The notes: generated by a model from the letters alone, not told the origin. A stretch of 64,000 nt of DNA from Octopus vulgaris (GCA_951406725.2 OX597816.1:126666001-126730000); one strand, 5' to 3'. Counted from the stretch's first letter, positions 25,968 to 40,219 are shown. Made by a program: numbers and translations.

Positions 25968-26610
25968 TGCTGGTTGAGGAGAGATATGAAATGACTCAAA
26001 AGTTTGGTGATTAGATGAGCATTGAAGCAAAGGCTTTTGGAGTAATATGTAAATTTACAAATGAATGTAAGGGGACAACATCCTGGGTAATATCACTTGA
26101 TGCAGATATTAACTCATGTTTTTTCATTAGTTACTAGTTTCACTATTCTTTTATTAAAGACAAAACACCACAGGATACAGATGCCTGGAATAACCAGAAG
26201 TCCAACTAATAATGTCTCACAGTTGTGCACAATCTTGTATGATATGCCTATTGGAAATGGCAAGCTACTATATGTAAAATAATTGTAAAAAATGTTAAGG
26301 AGTAAACTTTCTAGCAAATGCGATGTTGCCTGAGGCAAAATAAATAGAATTTCATTACATTATTATGATTAATTACATTTATGTCTGGAATGATAGTTGA
26401 ATGTGCTTTTTATTGATACAATGTTTAACTATATGCCTGCATAGGGAATCAGTATGTCCAAGAGATTTTCTAAAAGATTATGAGGAAAGTTATCAATTAT
26501 ATATATATATTAACTTAGATATAAAGAAAATATTCCCTATTTTATTGTTGAAATGAAAATGCTTAGAGAGAAACCACACCAACAAAGATGATTTCATCAT
26601 GCAAGAGATT

Positions 26611-26930
26611 TTTTTTATTATTTATGCTCCCTTTTCAAGCCTAGCCAGGCTCATGAGCCTGGTTTCCCAGTTTCTGTGACATATGTGTTCACCCCACAAC
26701 TGGACAGGATGCCAGTTCATCGCAGCATTATTCAAGAAACAAGAAGAAAGAGTGAGAGAAAGTTGTGGTGAATGAGTACAACAGGTGTCGCCACCACCCC
26801 CTGCCGGAGCTTCGTGGAGCTTTAGGTGTTTTTACTCAATAAACACACACAACGCCCAGTCTGGGAATCAAAACTGTGATCCTCCAACCACGAGTCCACT
26901 GCCCTAACCACTGGGCCATTGCACCTCCAC
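26611..26930 (-). mobile_element. tRNA-derived SINE family C with target-site duplication
   Basis: Minus-strand head TGGCCCAGTGGTTAGG...GTTTTGATTCCC; 13-bp flanking direct repeat CATGCAAGA(G/A)ATT at 26598-26610 and 26931-26943. Confidence 0.85.
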
Positions 26931-27399
26931 CATGCAAGAAATTATTAGAACAGAAATTAGAGTGCCTGCTTTTAATTTGTCAATGCAATGTTTTGATCTA
27001 GAGTAAGGTGCTTGTGTACATCACTTTAGGAAACCCTCTGGGACAGGTGAGATCAACACTGTTAAAGTTTTTCTTACAATGTTGCAGAAACTGCTGTTTG
27101 CATGTTAAAAAAAAAACATGAGCAAAGACAGAATACCAGAGGGACTACTTTCTTGCTATGAATGACTGATTGTTGTGGACAGATTGAGTCTGAGGAAATG
27201 AATGCTATAATGATAAGAAGAGAACGAGAGATGAGTGAGTTGAATGAGCTTAATACCAGCCAGCCAGCCAGCCAAGGAGTAAATACCATTCCATAATGGT
27301 AGAAAGAGCAAAGACAAAAGACAGTATATTTATTGGTCTGTAGTAAGAGTATGTTGTAAGAAACTTCCTGACAATCAGTCAGGTGGCTTTTCTTTCGAT

Positions 27400-29200
27400 A
27401 TAGTGAAGGATTTTTCTGTGCACGGCATCTCTTACCATTTCAATTCTAAGAACAGTGCTCTTTTGTTAGTTTCAGTTGGACTTTGTAAAGAATAATTAGC
27501 TGAGAGGACTGAAGCATTTTATGATGCTGGAAAGGAAATCTAATCTTCATAAAATGGTAATCATATGTATGTTGAATATGTATGATCAACAAGTGAGTTT
27601 CTAGGTGATATCAGGCCTAGCATTAGTAGTGACCATGTTTAGAGATAGGTAGAAAGGGCTGGTATTGTTTTCTTAATATGCATTTTGATAGTGTCTTAAT
27701 GGAGTTGAAGGATACAGGATAGGCAGAATACTTTTGAAGCCTCAGTTTATTGAGACAATGCAGATTAGATATAAGGTGTCTACATTGCAAATCAATGACA
27801 ATTATGTGTGAAAGGTTACTGGGAAATAAAAGGTCATATCAGCTGCATAAGAGTGAGTGTTTTTGAAGTTGATGGGATTAATGTACATCAGATTTTGGAT
27901 GTAATATGAACAGTTATGGAGAGTTATGGTGAAACTATATTGTTTGAAGTAAGTCATGTTTCTAGCATAAAAATAGCATATTTGTTTTCCAGTATTGTTG
28001 AAAAATTGCCATTAGGTTTTGGATGGACTGCCCATTCTGTAGTATACAAGTTATAATATCCATGACAAATGTTGCTGTTTTAGCTGTTTATTTTTGTATA
28101 TTATAGACATTCAAAAGATGTTGCCATATTATTATTTTGTAGATTATCTCATGATCAGCTTGTACACTTTTTGTAGTTCTCTTTTATTTCATGTTCACTG
28201 ACACACAAAGAACAACTGGGGAATTTTTCATGGTAATTTTTCATTAAATTATACAATATTTCCCATTTGTTACATCTCCTAAAAATTATCAACCACAGAC
28301 ATGGCAGACTTATCACCCATTCCTTGAATTCACTTTCTTATGTGCACTATTGATTTTATGAAAACTAGAAATATATTTGGTTACCTTCTTGTAGACTTGG
28401 TGAAAGTAATTTCTTGTTAGTCTGGAATTCTGCTTTTTGAGCCTGTGTACAATATTGTAGTTCCTGTAACTTTGCTTTTTGTTTAAGTTAGTAGCTGTCA
28501 TATGAATCAATTTTGTGAAATACCTATGGCATTATCTTCCAAATAATTTTCAGTCTAGTGCCCTGGTCCTCCTGCATAATATTAATTTGTTTGTTACTGA
28601 TATAGAAACAAAAAAATTATGATACTTTTGTCATAAACAGCATTTTAATTTTCCTCAAATTATTTCAACATTGCTTTTATGTTGGCAGACAGTTTCTATT
28701 TTGTTCTTCTTATATTTATGTAGTGTTTGCTAGCTTCTGGTTACTGTGTTTTTGTTTTGATAAATCATTGATTTTTGAGATGTAAGAAATCATTTGAGTA
28801 GACATCTGATGATAATGATAAAAAAAAACCTGAAAAATAAGATGTCTTTTGCAATTTTTTAAGATCACTGACAACATGATGCATGAAGTTTGATTTTCTC
28901 TTTTGATAGGTATGATACTGATTGTGCATGCTTTTGCTAGATAATTTGTTCATGTCTTTATACTGGGCAGAAAAGAACTAAAACTTGTATTTGACTATTT
29001 TCAAAAACCAATTCTTCATTAAAGTATGTGATCTCTGATGTAATCAGAACAGTTTATAAAATATGTTTGTGTCTGCTAAAAATCAGGTCAAGCCTATTTG
29101 GAACCAGCTTTTTACATATGTCATTTATGCAATTGAAGTTAACTATTTATGACATTTCCAAAAATAATTGTAGAAATATAAATAGACAAAAAAGATTTTG
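27400..29200 (-). mobile_element. Highly decayed L1/Tx1-like LINE remnant
   Basis: Minus-strand NRLDLIF (APE-like, ~29070-29100) and HSYAADMTF (decayed YADD, ~27830-27855) in the correct order; strand-biased composition; boundaries approximate. Confidence 0.4.
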
Positions 29201-31645
29201 TCTTCTTTGAATAGTCTTTAAGTATCGCATCTATGTGAAATTTTATAATGAACATTCCACTAAAATATGTAAAATAATTTTACATACTTATTAAGGAGTA
29301 AATTCCCTCCTTAATAAGAATGTAAAATTTTAGCAGGAATATTCACACACAAAAAATAACTTGACTCTGGAATCTGAATAACCTTTGGATCATATTGATT
29401 TGTACATCTTTAACTACTGGTAGTTTGCAAATATTAATTACATTTAATATTGATTTAATATTCTACAAAGAACTAATGAATGTTATTAGCCATTGTTTTA
29501 GTTTCTTGGAATTCTAGAAACAGCTTTTGGAAATTGTTTATTCCCAATATTCTTGATTTTTTATGAAAAATATATTAAGATTTCTAAATATTTAATATTA
29601 GTTATGAAATATTTCATTTTCTAAAGATATATTTCATCATTTTCTTTCATGTTAAATATAATCTTAATTTCAATTTTACTTTCAGGTAAGAAAGAATGAA
29701 TTTTGCTAAATATAGGTAAAGTTAAAAATTTTTGTTTCTACCATTCTGTAAGTAATCTCTTTTTAATCAAATTCTTGTATCCAACCAGAAAGAAAATGAG
29801 ATTCCAATCATTTTTATATATTATATTTATATTGATATCAAATATATAGTAATATATTTGAATTAAAATGTTCAAGCTGTTTTTAAAGACCTACTTCTTA
29901 CATTTTGTCAGTATTAATTTTCATCTTAAATGTTATGTCCTTTTAGATTCATCCCATTGTTTACATTTTGTATTTATATGATTCATATAATGCTTTAACC
30001 AAAAGATATCAGAGGACTATATTTTTAACAAGAGAAGAAAAATGAATACTGCTTTTATATATTCTCATAATTAGTCAAATGAATTAAGAATGTTATATTT
30101 AATTTTATCTTTTAGATTTGGGTGTCTGTAGGATTGAGAATGTTTTCTAGGTTTGTAGGATTGGAAATATTTTCATGTCTCACAGGCTAAGGTAGATAGG
30201 AAAACATAGCCATGATCATAAAATTTAAGGCTATAAAAACAATTTAGGTATGCAAAATTTAGTGTCATGTATGACATCGCATGCAGTGAAGACTTGCAGT
30301 GTTTTTATTTAAGGTTAATGGGAATGATTATGGCTTCAGGATAAATGTGAGGCCAGCCAGGTCACTTACTTTCCTCAACGATAGTAAATAATTTTTGTCT
30401 CTTCAATTTTTCTTACAATCAATTTTTCATGTAAACTATATTGTTAGTCTCTGACGTGCGATTCAATTAGAAAAGTGAAAACATTTATTGTTTAAAATAT
30501 CATACCTTTGAAAATTTACATTTTTTACAAGATGAAGGAATCTCACTTTTTTTAATATTAATATAAAATATTGATTCACTTGGAGCCACAACAAAATAAG
30601 ACTTTTTTTTCTATTTTCATAACTGAATCTGTTATTGTTTCCTTATAAAAGACATAAGGAAACCAAAGAATTTTTGTATGCAAAAATCACATGTTTAATA
30701 AAGCTGGCAGACTGAATGATACAAAACTGGATTCAGCCCTAAGGTTTATTTTGATGACCCCCTATACAAAATTATAGGATATTTGCAGTGAAAATTGATT
30801 GTTATTTTAATAGGTATGTCTTCAAATGATTAACATTTTAATCATTATTAAATTACCAGTACAATTCTTAACATTAAAACAACATAAAGAGAGGTAGAAT
30901 GGAAAAATTGTTAGAGTGGAGGACAAAATGTCTTGTGGTGTTTACCTATAGTTATTTGTGTTCTGAATTCTAATCCCTCTGACTTAATTTTCAGCACCCT
31001 GGAATCAATAAAATTAAGTATTAGTAAAGTCCTGGGGTTTTTATAATTGACTACTGACCTCTGCCAAATTTGAGGTCTTGTGCCTATGTAAGAAATAGAT
31101 GTTAAAATCAACATAGCATCAGCTATGTATTTTTAATATATGTGGCATTGAAATTCAAATTTTACATGAATTATTTCTCTGCATCAGCTTAATTTTCTTT
31201 TTTATTGTTTATTCTCATCATAAGTAGTTTTAAATTTAAGCCTGTATATTCACTGCTTTGTAGTTGTTTCTGTTTCAAAGGTCTCCTTATGAAATCTAAC
31301 TTTCAATGGTCATTTTCTTAAAGGTAGATGTAGTATATATTAAGTTTAATAATCTTCACCACAAACATGTGCATTTATTTAAGCTAAACCTAATCAATGT
31401 AGGATAGTTAATGGCTAATATTTAATGATAGGATGTAGTGTAATCAGAACCTGTTATTGATAGTTATCTGTCAATTGCAGGCTTTGGCTGTATCTCACTT
31501 TACTATATGAGTCTTGATCTCAACTATCACTTTTCAAATAATAATTGAAGCATTCTAAGCAAATACTTTTGACTGTTATATATTGAAAGGTCTGATTTGC
31601 CAGTATGGTTCTTTTCACTTTCTCTTCTTTTTCACTTTCTTTTTC

Positions 31646-31655
31646 ATCATCATCA

Positions 31656-31693
<38 letters not shown>
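31646..31693. repeat. (CAT)n(TAT)n trinucleotide microsatellite
   Basis: Direct reading. Confidence 0.9.
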
Positions 31694-31695
<2 letters not shown>

Positions 31696-34348
31696 TCCCC
31701 TTTTGATAAAAGAAATAAGAATGAAAGGTTAGGACTGTCGTAAAATTACAAATACAATCTGTTAAGAGAAGGAAAACAAGCAATAAGATGGATTATACCA
31801 TTACTGCACAAACATGGACACATGCACACATGCACTCAATCGCAAAGTTTGCTATTCCAGACATTAAGCATAGCTACACACCAAAGAAATACATTCACTC
31901 CTTACTTGCTCACAACCATGCACACACAGACTCACATGCTCACATACACCCTGAAAAATATGACTATAGTTACAGAATGCTGGAGACTAACATGGGGTAA
32001 TGAGGCACATCACTGAAATAATCACAAATGATAATGAATGGACTCTGACAAATCAGTTTATTAATCAAAGAATCGATTAGTTAATTGATTAACTAGTTGA
32101 CTGATAGTAATAAAAAGAAGTGAAATAGAACCAGTGTATGTATTTCTTGTTGACAAAATGAATCTTTCAAGATGCAACAACAACTATTTTAGCACATTCA
32201 CAAAAAGAATTTTGCAAAACAAATACAAAAACAAAATATTCTTTGATACACTTTGCATTCACCAACATATCCAACTGTAGCCAACTGCTATGTCTTTTAT
32301 ACAACAATCATAATAGCCATCGCACCTAGCTGGTTTCATGTTATTTTCACACAGGTACTACAAATTCACATGTCCCTTTACTTCTTGTTACCCACATCAT
32401 GCCTCTACATACACCTTTTCCATCTCCATCAACTAACAAATGTTCAATTGGAGCATTAATCATAGTCTTACTTTTCTATAAGAGTCTACAAAGACCATGA
32501 GCTTAGTCTCTTCCTCAAGAATAAATCACTAGAAATATCTACAGATTACTCAAGTCATTGAAGTACTGAATCTATTGTTTCGAATGCAGCTGGATTTAGA
32601 AACACAACCCTTTATGACAATTCAAACAGATAATTTTATATAATGCAAACAGCTGTTCATGAAAGTTGTGATTATTTTTGTGTTTTGACTGTTGAAGTGA
32701 ATGGATGTTTTAGCTTTTATTGTATGCAGAATGCCCATTACTCTACAGAATACAACATTCCTTCTTAGTTTACTTTCAAAAGGAATTTTTCTCAGAATCA
32801 TATGCATGAAGGATGTTTTTCAATTGAATTCTATTTCAGAGGCAGAAGTTCAAACATGAACTTATTTAAGCATTTTAGATTTATGTGTGCAATATCAAAT
32901 TTGGAATAAATATAAAAGAAATATTTTAAGAAACATTTTATTTGCCTCTTATTTTTAACAAAATCACATCAAATTTAGAAATTTTAAAAATAATCCTTGT
33001 GAGATTAGATAATTGGATATCGAAAAGCATTTCTAGCTTTGCTTTAAAAGTTTTTATGTTTCAACCTCCACAGAAGACATTGAACCCAACCAATAAAGGA
33101 CCATAAGTTCAACCTAGCTAGATTTCTGTTAGTCTGAGTACATTTTTTTTTTTGCCTAGTATTTTTTCCAAGCCAACATCAGAATTAAATAACTTGATTG
33201 TGTATATTTGAGCATTAGTTTATAGTGTAAAAGGTAAATTATACAACCAGCGATAGAACATATTCAATTTTCTTTTTTTCTGTATGTTCTCCTTAGGATA
33301 TGTAACCTTAAACTAGTTCAAAACCCTAGTTATAATTATTTTTTGTATATAAATAGTTAATTATTATGTGTCATCATGTATTACATATAGAGAAAATTAA
33401 CTAAAAATATTAGTCATAGCAATTTGTAATTAGGGACACTTGTTTTCAAATACACAAAGGTGTTTGCATTTTTGCCACTGTTCATATAATACTACTTTTA
33501 AAAAGTTAGAATGAGGTTAAGGGCAATGCCTTCTTAGCCTTTCTGCTCTAGTGAAACCTTTATGGTTGACGTTCAGATTAGATACCTATTGGTCATTAAC
33601 TACAGGGAGTTCCAGTGAATTACAGAGAAAGAGGGAATGGAAGTCTGCTAAGAAAGGGGTTTAATTGGTGAGGCAGCAGAGATGACAAGAGGAAGAAAGC
33701 TATGTTTTTATGAAAGAGGTTGTGAAATATATAAATACTTATAAACACTAATTTTAATCTTTCTCACAATGAATATTTATACTTTTAGCGAACAAAATGT
33801 TTTGATACTTTCTGTTTTGGATAAAGTTTGCTTTAAGTATTTATAGTTTGAATTTTAATCTTCAGGAAAAAAAATGTAAAAGTGAAATTGCAATAAAATT
33901 GTGCCACAACAGTACCAATTAAAAGAGATATATGACATAAAAATTTCTAATTGAAGCAGATGAAGGGAAAACAAAAATTTGAATGGATAACAAAATCTAT
34001 AAAAACTATAAAACAATTAGTATTAAAGAAAGTTATTGCCATGTGGTAGAAATAAAAAAGAATTTTGACAGTTATAAACATGAATTAGATGATCTCACTA
34101 ACTTTGAGAAATGTATTGTAAATGAATATCCTCATGTACTGACAAAATGTTTTGTCATAGTTAGATCGTTAAATTAAAATGTGAAACAGAATCAGCTTAT
34201 AAATATCTGAAAAGCTTTCATGAAATTATATATTTACCATCTCATAAGTCATGTTCTCCAAAATGATAAACAAAAATCTAGTTTGATTAAGGGGAACCAG
34301 GAAAATATATGATTTTTTTATGTCAATTTGTTTAGTGGTTTATTTGAA

Positions 34349-34690
34349 GCCGTCCGCCAGCCTCATCTGGCACCTGTGTCGGTGGCACATAAAAACACCA
34401 TCCGAGCGTGGCCGTCTGCCAGCCTCGTCTGGCACCTGTGTCGGTGGCACATAAAAACACCATCCGAGCGTGGCCGTTCGCCAGCCTCGTCTGGCACCTG
34501 TGTCGGTGGCACATAAAATCACCCACTACACTCTCGGAGTGGTTGGCGTTAGGAAGGGCATCCAGCTGTAGAAACACTGCCAGATCTGACTGGCCTGGTG
34601 CAGCCTTCGGGCTCCCCAGACCCCAGTTGAACCGTCCAACCCATGCTAGCATGGAAAACGGACGCTAAATGATGATGATGATGATGATGA
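34349..34690 (+). mobile_element. Young 5'-truncated RTE 3' tail with ~2.8 tandem 62-bp units
   Basis: Units start at 34349, 34411, 34473; followed by CACTACACTCTCGGAGTGGTTGGCGTTAGGAAGGGCATCCAG and (GAT)n; CpG-rich; same tail as the LINE at 25790-25967. Confidence 0.85.
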
Positions 34691-37600
34691 GATCCAGATG
34701 GTAGCCGGGAAATTTAAATAATGCATGAATAATGATATTTATGATTTTTAGATCCTACAAATATATGAATGACAGATTATTTTGGGCATGCTATTTTATA
34801 TAAAATATTTTGTCATGTAAAGCTATTCTTAGAGATTTAATTTTATGTCTAAATCATGCTCTTTTCAAGAACTAATAAAGGGCATACCAATTACAAGACA
34901 ACAATCACATTCTCAAAATGGATTTTATACCAAATCAACAATACACTGCATGTCTTTTATATATGTGTGTGCAAAGATATAATATGAATGTGGGTTCAAA
35001 CATTCTGGTTCACAACCATTTGGTTTCAGGTTTGGTACTCATATATGCAAATTAACCAATAGCTGGGACCCTGACAGGTATTGCTACTCTGGATCAGTGT
35101 AGACCTGGGATCAACAGTTCCACTCTCTCAAAACACCTGAAACTCCCAAACCTGATGCAGTTTAAAATCATACCTAGGACATGTGTATGTGTATATATGT
35201 GCATGCATGTGTGTGTATGAGTTTATTCTTGGTTTATATTTTGAATTTTTTACCAATCTAGGTAGTGGCAGTTTCTAGCCAAGAAACAAGGAATTTAGAC
35301 AATGCCATACAGATAATTTTTGTGTGTATATTTGTGTATGTATGTATGCATGCAAGGGCACATATATACATTTATGCATGTATGTGTATATATGTATGCA
35401 CACATATACACAGAGGCACAGGCCTGGATGTCATTGCATATGATGAATTTCATGAATGTTTGATATATTTTGTCAGCACCTTGACAGTTTGTGATTGTAA
35501 TGCTCTGATTAAGCACCTTCATTCAGGTTTTGTGAAGTAGGTCTGTCCATGTCTGTGTTCTCAACATTTAAAAACTGGTGTTGTTTTTGTCCTGCAAATT
35601 AACAATCCACCAAATAGATATTTGTTTAAGATTAGTATCAGACTGAAGTAAGTCCTTATTTACTTCATGGACAATTACATTTGCATGTCTTTATGACAGG
35701 TTTGTTCAATCAGACTGACCTTTTGTTAAACAACAGCAACTATAAAGGATTTCCCCTAATGAATAATCCTCTACGTCTGTAAAGTTTAATCCTTTCTCTA
35801 TCATTTACTCACTCATCTTTTGCTAGCTCACCTATAATCTCATTTAAAAATATACACTTAATAATCATTATGTATGAAAGCTTGCATCACTACCAAAACA
35901 CTATCTTTAAGATAGCATGTTAGCACTTGTATTTCATTTTGAAATTGGTGTTTACACAATATTTAATAGTTTCCTTCAGCTGTGTTATATAAAAGAAAAA
36001 ATAAATAATAAATATAACTAGTAGCACTTTCTGAAGTAAGATCTCAATCATGAAATTGAAAATATAGACTATTATAACAGTGGAAAAATATTTTGAAAAA
36101 ATAAAATATTTATGATATACATCATCTTTTAGTCTAGGATGAAACAAAAGAAGATATGATTTGTATATTACTGATAGGGTTTTCAGACATTATGTTCATG
36201 TTCCTGTCTGCCTATGTTATTGGTTCAAGAATGTTATATCTAACATTATTTCTTCAGTTAAACCCATTATATTCCTCATTTTTCTGAAAATCAAATGCTA
36301 TCTTAGCTCATTTACTATAATCTGATATGAAAGAAAATCAGATAGATATTTACTACACGATGGGAAGCAACTAAAATTTGAAAGAGTATTTCTAGTCACA
36401 TGCAATTTTTTTCTGAAATATGCTATTTTAAATGACTATGGTTTTTGGATCATTTTGACTAAGAGATTAAGTGATAAAGATATTTTCTAGGATTGAAAAT
36501 AGATTACAACTATGCCAAAATATACATTAAAGCAATCTAAAAAGAATACAGATGCAATATGGAAAATTGTACAGTAAATACCTAAACAAAATTGTAAGAA
36601 ACGTAGTTGAGATAAACTAATATTGAATTTTGAAACATAACACATTTATTTCTCAATGGAAAACAGTGATAAATAAAATGTTCAACCTAGTTTTCATTCA
36701 AAATTTGTATCTTTCCATTTCGTGTAGTGATATTTTCACAATAAGTATAACTATCATAACTTTTGTTTTACTCCACAATAAAGTTAGAGCTTAGTAACTT
36801 GCTTACTTCGTCTTCCTAAAACTAATGCAATATTAAAATGTTTACCATCCTCTATATCCACATTGCCATTACTCATATGACCAATATTGTTTCGACTCAT
36901 ACACGCATATTGTTAAGGTTTTTAAAGATAGGATTAACGATCCCTTTAATAAATCTGATTGAATTTTCTCATGTTGTTTCTCAGTTTTGTCCAATGCACT
37001 CTGTTTAAAATCAATTAGTGACTTCCATTCATAACATATTTCATTTATTAACATTTTAGAGACTTGAAATTTAATTTTACATTTCTTTTTCACCAAAGCT
37101 CTCTTCTTATTTCAAATGTCTATGACAAAGGCTTCTTGTAATAGTCATTACATGTATATCCATAACAAGATAAAGAGATGATATTCAGATACACATCTTG
37201 TGTGCTTAATATGGGTTTACTTTCAGAAAACACAGTTGACTTTTACTAGTTATTCAACTAGTATGAATTTTAATTTTATTACAGTGAATCACAATGCATC
37301 ATTATTAAATATTTTCCCTTGGTTAAAATTAGTATCAAATGAAGCAAGTTTGAACCAGGTTATGACCTAAACACTTACAGAGCTCTCATACTCTGCATAG
37401 TTCAAAAACTTAAAGTACAAGAATTTCATACATATCAAAGGAATACAATTCTCTACTCAACAAAACCTTCCCTACTGCATTCCATTCCCACTTAAACCTC
37501 TGAACTCATTTCACTGCATTTTTTTTGTCTCCCCATTCCCTCTTTCATTAGATCCTGAAAAAGAGCTCTATATATAGTCTTTTATTTAGAGAAGCTATGT

Positions 37601-37884
37601 AATCTTTAACCTTTTAAAACCTTTTTAATTAAATCACATTTCCTCACTTGTATAAGCTGATGATTACAAGTAGTATCTTTCATCCAGAGATACAATAATG
37701 AAAAAATTTACAAGTTCATATCAAAATAGATGTATTGATTCATTTTCATGATGATAAATTGCCATTATATCCAAATCCAGATTGTTAAAAGTGATCTAGA
37801 ATGCTGTGCCAAACTGAATTCATCTTCGCAAATGTCAAATTTACTTTCTCTAATATTGCTTGACTTAATTTATTTTAATCTGTA

Positions 37885-38055
37885 TCATTTATCTTTTACT
37901 TGTTTTGGTCATTAGACTGCAGCCATGCTAGGGCGCTGTCTTGAAGAATTTTAGTTGATCTTATCAACCCTACTACTTATTAGTTTTTGTAAAGGCTGAT
38001 ATTTATTTTATCAGTCTCTTTTGCCAAACCACTAAGTTATGGGGGCATAAACATG
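37885..38055 (-). mobile_element. SINE family A 3' fragment
   Basis: Reverse complement of the family A tail. Confidence 0.6.
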
Positions 38056-38589
38056 AAAAAGCATATAGTAAATGCACAAACGCAGGGTGGCAAGTTAAAA
38101 AACATTAATTGCACAGACGAAGAGAAAACATATATTGAATGCACAGGTGAACAAAACACAGACACAGAAGGTCCCTAATTCATCATCAAAAATTGACCAG
38201 AGAGTAATGACGCAATTTTGTGCCTTTAACTATCAGATTACATCCCAGCTGGAGGCATCCACAATAGTTGGACACAATACTGGACTGAGAACAAACAATA
38301 CATGGATAACAAGTGATACAAAAGTAGATATATGAAAATGAATAAATGTCAGATGATGGATGAAGAACAAAGACGAAATAAATAAAAAAACAAACAGAAT
38401 GCAGCTTTAAAGCCAGATAAAGATGAAGCACGGGTAATGCCAAGAGGGAAATCTTAAAGGATTGGAAATAGAAGGGTGATAAAGTTTGAGACAGGCTGAA
38501 GTGGAGACCAGACAATTTGACTGGTCACCTCAGTGACTGGTGTAAAAAGAGAAAGAAAAAAGGGGTTGACGGTGGTGAAAGGAACAAAT

Positions 38590-38893
38590 GCACACACACA
38601 CACACACACACATATATGTGTGTGTGTCTATATACATGCATATGTGTATGTGTATACAACCTTCAACAAAGTAACAGTCATGTATGCAACAGATACATAT
38701 CAGTACATAAACATACGTTCACATGTACATACACATCTCCTAAATCCTCACATACATACATAAGTACATACGTACATACATACATGCGTATAGGCATGCA
38801 TATGCATGTACACATATACATATGCACATACATGTACACACATACATATGCACATACATACATACATACACACACACATACGTACATATATAT
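38590..38893. repeat. Compound CA/TA/CATA microsatellite
   Basis: Direct reading. Confidence 0.9.
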
Positions 38894-39063
38894 CATGAAC
38901 TAACTGTTACTTTCTCAGATGCAGCATAGAATTTTGTCAGTGAACAGGTTGCAATCTCAAAGCGACGAAAATATTTTGACAAATTAAATCTAAAATGTTG
39001 AAGTGAATCTAACGGATTTTGTGTGTTTCTTAAATGGCTTATAAACACCTTCCACGCTGCAAT

Positions 39064-39114
<51 letters not shown>

Positions 39115-39574
39115 CAGTGAGAGAGAAAGAGAGAGAGAGAGATGAATATTCATATGTATGTAGGTGTGTACACTCATCCACATGTAATTTTAAATTAAAC
39201 TCCAAAATTCATTAGTAATTGTAGTATAGACAGCTGCTTGTCTTCTTAGCTATTTGATGAAATTCAAAGAAATCTCAATATAGAAAATGCTATTATTCAT
39301 AAATCTAAATTCTTGAATAATGTATTAATAATAGACGTTTGCAATAATTAGATGGCCATGTAAAATTGTGGAGTGGTAAAATCATAGTGCTGTTCTAAAT
39401 TCTTTACAATATATGAAACTATTGCTCCATATTCTAAGTTCAAATTCTACCAGAGTTGAACTATGCTTTTATGACCCAAGTCAAAGAAACAATTTCTAGA
39501 CATGTTCCGGTTTCAATTCAGATAACTGTACTACATTCCTAAAATTATGTGCTCTTCTACCAATGCTGTTGCTG

Positions 39575-39909
39575 AGACTCCCTTTGGTCATGACTGACCG
39601 TGGGATTGCACCTAGAAAGGTACCCTCCCAGGCACAAGTCCGGGCATGATTGTTTATGGAAGACCAGCAGTCACCCATGCATACCAGCCTCCCTTCTCCA
39701 CGCCACCAGTGTTATCCAAGGGAAAGGCAACAGCCGATACAGCTTGGCACCTGTGATGTTGCAACTCATTTCTATAGCTGAGTGAACTGGAGCAATGTGA
39801 AATAAAGTGTCTTGCTCAAGATCACAACACGCAGCCCGGTCCGGGATTCGAACTCACAACCTCACGATTGTAAGCTTAACACTCTAACCACTGAGCCATG
39901 CGCCTTCAC
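39575..39909 (-). mobile_element. tRNA-derived SINE family B, full length
   Basis: Minus-strand head GGCGCATGGCTCAGTGGTTAGAG...GAGTTCGAATCCC (A and B boxes); highly similar to 45535-45857. Confidence 0.9.
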
Positions 39910-40219
39910 TCTGCCAATGTAAGCATTCAGTAATATTAGGCAGTAAGTCTATGGTTAGACAAAATCACAAATGCTATTTCAGTTTAAGTGGGGGTCAATT
40001 TAGTGATCATTATCATTGTTATAAAAGCAGCAAGCTAGCTGAATTGGTATGTCATTGACAAAAATGCTTTGAAGTATTTGTTCTAGTTTTTTAAATCCTT
40101 CCACAGACAATAAAATAAAGTACTAGTCGAGAACTGGGGTGGATGGTATTGACTAACCTCCTCTCTCTACAAAACTACTGGCCTTGTGCCTGAATTATAA
40201 ATTTTCTTTTTTCTTTTTA

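Noticed and set aside
34349-34520. CRISPR-like repeat array
   Set aside because: Units are wholly repeated with no unique spacers, the context is eukaryotic, and they are contiguous with an RTE tail.
38490-38535. Hammerhead-like motif on minus strand (CTGAGGT-GACCAG...CTGGTC)
   Set aside because: GAAA core absent (TCCA) and CUGANGA imperfect.
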